This document shows, one piece after another, positions 54,879-64,000 of a DNA stretch of 64,000 bases (position 1 is its first letter; every line of letters begins with the position of its first letter). Under the pieces are notes generated by a model that did no database searches, was not told the origin of the DNA, and saw only the letters and a list, made by a program, of their open reading frames with translations. A program made the position numbers and the translations under genes. The stretch is from Octopus vulgaris (Eukaryota). The stretch is from the NCBI GenBank assembly GCA_951406725.2, contig OX597837.1:45384001-45448000 (forward strand), written 5' to 3'.

Positions 54879-54962
54879 CAAAATTATTACCTTTGTATGG
54901 TATTTTTTACCATGCTGGCCACTTGATAATATCGATATTTAAATATCGATATTATCCTTATT

Positions 54963-55007
<45 letters not shown>

Positions 55008-56011
55008 CGGCATTTTAAAATTACAAGCGTTCGCTTCACATCTTCGCTTTCCATATATGTATATGCGTGTATGTATGTAGACGCTCCTGTATGTACATTT
55101 ATATATGTGTGTGCATGTGTTCGTGTATATGTGTGCGTGTGTATGTCTATGTATACGTGTGTTTATATGTGTATGTAGCTATACGTGTATGTATGTATAT
55201 ATATATATATATAAACGTCACATATTGGAGTTTCTTACATCTGTTAAAATGTCTAATCTATGCACACTGTTGTTTATATCCTCCCCGATAAGATTGATGC
55301 ATTGCTCCACATTATTCATCCTGTCGGATTCATTTTGAATGCATCCATCGGAGCATATGTCAATTATATGAAGATTTAAATGATTTAATAACATCTCGAT
55401 CGTTTGTCTCCATTTTCAAATTTTCCCATCTTCTCCAAAATACGTTCCGCTTCTCACCGGAATTAACTCCCACACAAGTGTGACCACTGATTCCTAGGAC
55501 ACTTCTGTCACATTTGGCCACCTTATAATCATTCCCTTGGATCTTTCCTATAACTTGAACATTCATACATATGCACCAGGCTTTCTTTGGATAAACCTGC
55601 AACCAGAATAATTACTGCAAATGGAGATCATTAATATTAACGGCTCCCTCAAGAATATACTTATTCCCCCAAGAAACGTTCTCCTGAAGCAAGTAATCAA
55701 TAAGGTTAACTCATCCATTAACCGTATCAGATGGCAAGCTTTCTTCTTCGATAATAAGGATATCAAGCCAGCCTCCAATGAGCAATATTCGGAATTTAGT
55801 AAATTGTTCAAATCTGAAAATAATCCTCCTAAGAGTTTGAAGAGGGCCTCGGGTCTACTGTTAAGAAGATTAAATTCCATTGTTCACCCTTAAGAAAGAA
55901 ACATCTAAAATCTTTGCATAATGTTACCAAAGAAATAAACAGCAGGGATGACGTTCTTGTTCAATCGGATAAAACTGGTAACCTGTATCACTTAAACACA
56001 GATTTTTACCT

Positions 56012-56314
56012 GTGTGGAGACACATGGCCTAGTGGTTAGAGCAGCGGACTCACGGTCGAGGGATCACGGGTTCAAATCTCAGACCGGACAATGTGTATGT
56101 TTATGAGCGAAACACCTAAGCTCCACGCAGCTCCGGCAAAAGGTAATGGCGAAGCTTCTGCTGACTCTTTCGCCACAAATTTCTCTCACTCTTTCCTCCT
56201 GCATCTTGCAGCTCTCCTGCAATGGACCGGCGTCCCGTCCAGGTGGGGAACCTATGCGCCGGGAAACCGGCCCTTATGAGCCACCCGTGGCTCAAGAAGG
56301 AACAAACAACAAAG
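56012..56314 (+). mobile_element. tRNA-derived SINE (body 1 + tail 1) with 12-bp TSD
   Basis: AGATTTTTACCT at 56000-56011 and 56315-56326. Confidence 0.93.
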
Positions 56315-56666
56315 AGATTTTTACCTAAAGCTACTCAGAAAGGAAATACAAAAAGTATACAAGACTACTAGTAAAAATGCTGTCAGAAAGGTTAACCTAG
56401 AGGCTAAGAAAATTATGGGAAAATATAACTTACAAATGAAAATTCAGCCTTTATCTCCAAAACAACCCCTTTTGGCCTTTAAGGATCACAAGCCTAAATT
56501 CTTCAATAACCCAACTCACCGTTTATCTGCACTTCCAACTCGGATATCGGTATACTTAGCAAAAATATTCTTGGTAAGTACATCCCGTCGTTAACGAAAA
56601 TAATTAAACTTAATTTATGGTCTAACTCGTTCCAGGTTGGGGAGTGGTTTAACTCTATCGATAATT

Positions 56667-56900
56667 TGTTTCTTTATTGCCCACAGGGGGCTAAACGCTG
56701 AAGGGACAAACAAGGACAGACAAAGGGATTAAGTCGATTACATCGACCCCAGTACGTAACTGGTACTTTATTTATCGACCTTGAAAGGATGAAAGGAAAA
56801 GTCGACCTCGGCAGAATTTGAACTCAGAATGGACCGGCAGACGAAATACGGCTACGCATTTCGCCCGACGTGCAAACGTTTCTGCCAGCTCGCCGCCTTC
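56667..56900 (-). mobile_element. Full-length Meta-type SINE with 16-bp TSD
   Basis: AACTCTATCGATAATT at 56651-56666 and 56901-56916. Confidence 0.93.
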
Positions 56901-57300
56901 AACTCTATCGATAATTAAGTAAACACTAAATCTATCCACTTCGATATCTGCAGTTATTATTCCTCTATCAATCCCATCATCCTTAATAAAGCCCCATGGT
57001 TCGCGCATACTAAAGCTGACCTCACCTCCTGGATGAAATTAATGTTGTTCTAGCAACTAAAATATGTTATCCAATTTGATAACAAATACCCCATTTTTAA
57101 TATATACGGCTCTATATCTTCGAGTGCGCATCTGAGATTTTACAAAAACAACAAAAATATTATTTAAAAAAACAAAAACATTTTTTAATTTTTTAATTTT
57201 TAATTTTTTAATTCGGACTTTTGTTTTTTACAAACAACACACAGACTCACACACACTCACACACACACACATATATATGTATATAAATTTAAGCATATAC

Positions 57301-57357
<57 letters not shown>

Positions 57358-57483
57358 CGTCCGTGTTTGTGTAGTGTGAGTATATGTATGCTGAATATGT
57401 GCTTATGATCTATGGAATCATATATATAAGCTTGTGTACATGAGTTATATGTATCTACATACATACACACACACACACACATG

Positions 57484-57521
<38 letters not shown>

Positions 57522-57697
57522 CGTGTGTGTGTAAATGCACAAACACACATACATAAATGCTTATACAAGCATACAGAAGAGCGAAGGAAAATAAAATTAA
57601 TTTGAAAATTGCAAAATAAACTAATTAGGGATAACGTTAATGTTTATATATTTTCATAATGTGGAACACTAAACATGACCAACATACAGACGTATAC

Positions 57698-57787
<90 letters not shown>

Positions 57788-57868
57788 GCACATATTTATC
57801 TTTGCATGAACATACATATGTTTTTATGTGTGTGTATACATATATGTATTTACGTACATATACGTATT

Positions 57869-57914
<46 letters not shown>

Positions 57915-58140
57915 TGTGTCTGTGTGTGTGTGTACAAATACATATATGTAGATGGTGATAATAATGATGATGATTATGATGATTATAAATAACTGGAGAG
58001 AGAGAGAGAGAGAGACATGTCTCTGTCTGCATGATATTTCAACTTTGTCACAGTTATAGTATTAACGCTCTGACAATCACCTTATTCTTATTATTATTTT
58101 ATTATTATTATCATCGTCATCAACATCCTCATCAGCATCG

Positions 58141-58177
<37 letters not shown>

Positions 58178-58203
58178 TATTATTATTATTATCATTATTA
58201 TTA

Positions 58204-58290
<87 letters not shown>

Positions 58291-58574
58291 TCTAATTTTG
58301 TTAAGTGATACAATCAGCCATTATTCCCGAGTGAATATCTTGTGTGTGGGAAAGCGGCAAAAATGTTACTGGGTGAAAGCAATGCTTGTGTGTGTTTGTG
58401 TGACTCTGTGTGTGTGTGTGTGTGTCTGTGTGTGTATGCGTCTGTAATGTATGTTTAATACACAGAATGGTTTAAGATACTCGTAAAGAGTTGAATGACA
58501 TGTTATTGCATGAAGGCAGTGATGAACACACAACACCATATCTATGCTCCCCTCATTTTCTAGTTATATTTATT

Positions 58575-58725
58575 AGGCGCAGGTTTTTTTTTTTTCCATT
58601 CTGACGGTTCCTGATTCAGTCCCACTACGTGACACCTTGGGCAGGTGTATTTTGCCATAGCCCCGGCCCGATCAAAAGCTTGTGAGTGGATTTGGGGACG
58701 GAAATTGAACGAAGCCCGTTGTATC
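58575..58725 (+). mobile_element. Decayed CORE-type SINE 5' part
   Basis: TTCAGTCCCACTACGTGACACCTTGGGCAGGTG...TGTGAGTGGATTTGG. Confidence 0.75.
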
Positions 58726-58899
58726 TAATATATACATATGTGTGCATGATTTTTCATTGAGTTTTATGAAAGTTCTTCCTAAGAGAGTTCAAACCGATGG
58801 CTCACAAACCGACAAAACCTTTTGCTTTAAGAGTTCCTGGTATTTGTAGATGTGTGGTTTAGTTGTGTATTGGCTCAACAGTCGATGCTGACACACAAG

Positions 58900-59560
58900 T
58901 GTGTGCATATATAAACATGAGAATCTCAGATGGAGAATTTGGGGAACGTCTTACAGATCTTCACTGTGCCACTAAGAGATTGGATTTGGAGAATTCCCGT
59001 CAGTTTCTCTTGCTCTTTCTCCATGAAACCGTATATATATAGGCTTCATCGTTGCTTCCTTTTTTAAAAGGCATATGTAGCTTACTTTGTAACCGTGCTT
59101 TTCTCTTACATTTTAAAAGTGGATTTATGATTATTCAGCCTGGCTTTAAAAGGGTTCTTCTTATGGGTTCCGATCAGTTGTTACTGGACGACACCTCCTC
59201 TGCTTCGTAGAAGACGATTTCTATGTTACACTGACCATTCCCTGGGCACTAAATGTAAACCTTACCTGAACATTTTGCCTCTAACGGGGTACTGGGAAGT
59301 ACTCACTTATATATATTTGTTATATTAGGTGCAACACTGATCGTGAACCTTAAGTTATGCCTTTTTAATATTTTACTATATCTGTGGTTTTGAGTAAAAT
59401 GTTTACTCAATAATCTATGGAAGACAAACCAAATGACTATTTGTCAGCGCTATCTTTTGTGGTGTTAGGGCCGGGAAAATAAATGATGCGGTCTTTAAAT
59501 TTGCTGGCTACTAGAGCCTTGTTGTAGTAGGAGGTCGCTGCACCAGAAACATCAGAATGG
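58900..59560 (-). mobile_element. Naiad-type Penelope-like element, thumb plus Cys linker plus GIY-YIG endonuclease (decayed)
   Basis: AATSYYNKALVASKFKDRIIY, LLSKHFTQNHRYSKILKRHNLRFTISVAPNI, CPGNGQCNIEIVFYEAE, EEPFKARLNNHKSTF. Confidence 0.8.
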
Positions 59561-59681
59561 AAGTAAACATCGCAAGCTTGTAACATGCCTATACCTTTTC
59601 CACTTAAACATCTCAATCTTCCACCCACTTTCCCCATCCAATAACCATCCTTTAAGTGCTCTGTTTGTTATTTCCAGCAAA

Positions 59682-59792
59682 GGCTCTGACGAAGGTATCA
59701 TTAATTCTCTTATGTCTTTCAATTCATCCCAATTGATCAATAGACCAATTGAGTATTGTACCTATAATGACTACTGGAAACAGCTGTAAGCC
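59682..59792 (+). ncRNA. Type I hammerhead ribozyme with 84-nt stem II domain
   Basis: GGCT-CTGACGA-aGGTATCATTA...TAATGAcTACTg-GAAA-CAGCTG-TA-AGCC; AATAAA at 59804. Confidence 0.85.
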
Positions 59793-60057
59793 AGGTTTGC
59801 TACAATAAAGAAATTATATGTAATGGCCATTATTTTTATCTTGTCTCTTAAATATCACTCTGAATAAAAACCAGCTTATCTCAAGCTTATCCACGGGTTT
59901 ACAATATAGAACTGTAATGAACCATAACTTTGAACATTACCAAAAGATTACTTGGAGTTTTTCACTCATCTAAGCTGAAGTGTTAGCCTGCTGCGCCAAC
60001 AGAGGACTTATGAAGTATTTTGCCCGGATTGATACTCACTCACTATTTGTTATGTAT

Positions 60058-60089
<32 letters not shown>

Positions 60090-60258
60090 ACATACACGCA
60101 CGCACACACACACATTCACACACATTCACACACATTCACACACACACACATATATATATATACATACACAAATTTTTAATCTTCGGATTTTTTAAATATG
60201 CTAGGCCACTGGTTTTAATTGATTAATGTCAATTTCTAACCTTATTTAATTATATATA

Positions 60259-60393
<135 letters not shown>

Positions 60394-61601
60394 CATAAAC
60401 ACACACACACATACATGCATACATACCTATATATATAATACGTAAAGCTTATATATATATATATACGCGCACACATATATATGCATAATTATATACATAC
60501 ATATATACACATGTATACACATGCACACACACACACACAGACGTACGCACGCATGGAAATTCTACAATGTTTCCATCTACAAAGGTAACAGTCGTCCGGG
60601 ACCTATAGGCAAGGAAGGTTGCCGAAGCTTCCACGAAGTGGAATTAAACACTAACCTACGTTGTCGCAAAGCGAGGTTGTGAACCTCCCAGCCATCACAA
60701 CTGAAATGACTCCGATCATATTTCTGCGTGATTACGGATGACCTGAAGCCAAACAATCTGTGAAATAATGGCCGTTGAAGTTCCAGCAGCGGAAAACCCT
60801 TTATTCGTTCAACCATTACCTCATTACAGAATGCTTAAATGGGATTTTATTTCTTTTAATCTTAAACAACGAACGAATTAAAACTAAAAACCGCCATTTT
60901 CTTTCTATTACAAACGACGAATTATTTGCTTGGCTTCCTTGAAGATAATTCTGTTTTAAATTGTTAACTATTTATTTAGAATTCCAGTAAACCATTTACA
61001 GCAAAACACTTTCATATCATACTCTTTAGCACTAACACATCTAATTATTTGATTGATTTCCTTCAAGATAATTCCAAAAACTGTTTTTCAACTTTTGAAA
61101 ACTCTTTACAGATTTAAAGCTAATCTTTTATTCCAATAAATTTATCTTCTGCGTTTATCGATTCTTTGAAGTTTTTGTTCTTTTTCATTTTCTCTTTGTT
61201 ATTTCTTTGAAAATTTATTAGTAAACCTAAATGTAATTATTTGTTAAAATACCAATATTCCGACATTTCTTCAGATCTTACTTTCTTCATTGTTTTCGTT
61301 CTTCCTTTTTTCTTTTAAAAACTTCCTTTCTTCTTTCCCTTTCCTTCAGCTACCGATGTTAGATAATTTCATTGCAATAATCATTGATAAAATCAAACTG
61401 ACGGATTTATTATACCCAATTCTTAAGTTAAGTCGTTAACAAAATCGTTATTCAAAAGATTAGATTCTTCAATGTGTATATATGTATACATATACTATGT
61501 ATATACATACATACATAAATACATATATATATAAACACACACGCATATATGTCTGTAAATACATATATATGTATGTATGCATATATGTATGTATGTATGT
61601 A

Positions 61602-61991
<390 letters not shown>

Positions 61992-62268
61992 ACGAATTCG
62001 CTTAGACTAACGAAATTTTTACAATTTTGTTGAGCTCTGTGGTTTAGGTTCGGTTTGGGTTTGGTTCGGCTTTTCATTGGTTTTCCTTCGAAGAGATAAA
62101 TCCCAAGTTATGGCTGACCTTATTTCCTAGTTCAAGTCAACATCAAACAACTGATGTGACGTCAACAGACCACGTGATTATTCAGTTCATCGAGTTATTG
62201 ACATTGATATTGTATGACAATCTAGTCAACATTTATAAGGATGTTTCTGATCACTCTCTCTCTCTTTA

Positions 62269-62300
<32 letters not shown>

Positions 62301-62465
62301 CCTTGCTCTTTCTCTTTCTCTCCCTTTCTCTCCCCCTCTCTCTATCTTTCTCTCCCTTTCTCTCCTCCCTCTCTCTTTCTCTCCCTCCCCCTCTCTAGAT
62401 TTATGCATATATATACATATATATATATATATGACTGTTTACATCTGCATGTAGTTACATATGTT

Positions 62466-62540
<75 letters not shown>

Positions 62541-62629
62541 CATATATATATATTTATATATGTTTGTAGACATTTATATATATACATATATATGTGTATA
62601 TACATATACATATATACATTTATATATAT

Positions 62630-62663
<34 letters not shown>

Positions 62664-62825
62664 ATAATATATGATATATATATATAAACATATATAGTAC
62701 CTATATAATGTTAAATATTTTTATATATAAATATGTACACACACATATATATATATATACATATATGTATGTATATAAATGTATATATGTATATATAATA
62801 TAGTTACACACATCTGTACATATAT

Positions 62826-62858
<33 letters not shown>

Positions 62859-63464
62859 GAGATGCATATATGTGTATGCATATAAAATATGATATGTGAA
62901 ATGTGTACATTGCACGAAAACATATACTCATACACAAGTACATAAGTACGAGCGTACATACGTACGTACGTATATCTATATGTATATGTACGTACGTATT
63001 ACGTACATCTCGTCAATGTCTCCTAAAATACAGTATCCTAAATATCTATTTCACTGATTTTCCTGACCTCTGTTCCGATAATGTATTTCTAATCGATATC
63101 TATAACATCCCTCTGGTGATTGATATTCAGTTTTTCTGTGTTGGAGAACAGATCAAAAGAACGGTCAAGTCACACGAGTTGTCGGTGAGCAGTCAAAACG
63201 AAACCTTCCATAGTTTTTCTTAAATTAACAAATAAGGCTGGATCGCGTTATTTCGGAACGCAAGAGGGGAAACCATGAAGAAGGGGAAACAAAAAAAAAA
63301 GACAGGAAAGCAAACGAGGTAGACAATATATGGGTGTTGGGATCTTCGTTACCAGATCGATAGTGGGGAGGGCTTTCCTTCGGAATGGTGGGCATTATGA
63401 GAACATTTTAAGGTGCACTTGTGGTCAAGTTTTGAACTGATGCATATTAGCGGGTCTTTCGTTC

Positions 63465-63561
63465 TCTTCTTCTTCTTCTTCTTCTTCTTCTTCTTCTTCT
63501 TCTTCTTCTTCTTCTTCTTCTTCTTCTTCTTCTTCTTCTTCTTCTTCTTCTTCTTCTTCTT
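63465..63561. repeat. (CTT)n microsatellite
   Basis: Pure TCT run followed by decayed pyrimidine-rich sequence. Confidence 0.97.
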
Positions 63562-64000
63562 GGCCTTCTCCTTCTTGCTCTTCTCATTTTTCTATCTTCA
63601 TCTTGATCTCTTCTGCCCTCTTTCTCCCCTGCTTCCTTTGCCTTATTCTCTTATTCTCTCCTTCGTCCTCTTCTATGTCTTATTCTTCTTTGAATTGGTC
63701 TTCTTCGTCGTCGTTTTCTCTTCTTCATCCGCTTCCTCTCCTGCTTTTCCTTCTCTTTTCTGCTCCTCCGTCTCCTTTTTATTTGTCGTCTGACAGACAG
63801 AAAATAAGTAAATGTCCTTTGTATTTAAAAACCATTTCATTTAATTTTTCCACAATTCAATTGTTTTTTTTATGCTTTACTCTAAGTTGAAAAAGTCGCA
63901 AAGACTGAAACCGGTTCTTATTTTCCTTATACATATCAACTCGTGTGCTCTTTTCCAACCTTCTACATATATCTATATCTATCTATCTATCTATCTATCT

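Larger units (their letters stand above)
55621..57090 (+). mobile_element. Naiad-type Penelope-like element, ORF N-terminus to RT motif A, split by two SINEs
   Basis: SLKNILIPP...INRIRWQAFFF, SDKTGNLY, FKDHKPKFFNNPTHR, LNLWSNSFQVGEWFNSI, IHFDICSYYSSI. Confidence 0.85.

Noticed and set aside
55480-55512. Hammerhead expected upstream of the Naiad ORF
   Set aside because: GTGAC/GTCAC pairing and CTGA are present, but the rest of the core and GAAA are missing
59160-59280. Selenocysteine recoding as reported for some Naiad elements
   Set aside because: Stops here are not TGA codons at conserved Cys positions and are accompanied by frameshifts, consistent with ordinary decay

Overview
AT-rich, microsatellite-saturated animal genomic DNA. 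The SINE repertoire and repeat landscape point to an octopus-like cephalopod (inference, no database search run). No intact protein-coding gene is supportable; nearly all listed ORFs are translations of simple repeats. The window is a transposon graveyard: decayed Penelope-like elements (PLEs) of Naiad type (N-terminus, RT and GIY-YIG pieces), R4/Dong-type retrotransposon fragments nested in (TAA)n, Gypsy, RTE, CR1-like and Tc1/mariner fossils, foldback/MITE elements and many tRNA-derived SINEs. The strongest signal is a set of about ten minimal type I hammerhead ribozyme motifs (best at 1180-1222 +, 25003-25080 -, 59682-59792 +). Several sit in short units embedded in (TA)n, and their palindromic stem III varies in sequence while staying self-complementary. 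Also notable: a 2x2 modular shuffling of SINE bodies and tails, a covarying 3' hairpin shared by three R4/Dong ends, and a candidate promoter with three small spliced exons at 4.1-5.0 kb. Family assignments rest on motif recognition from memory.
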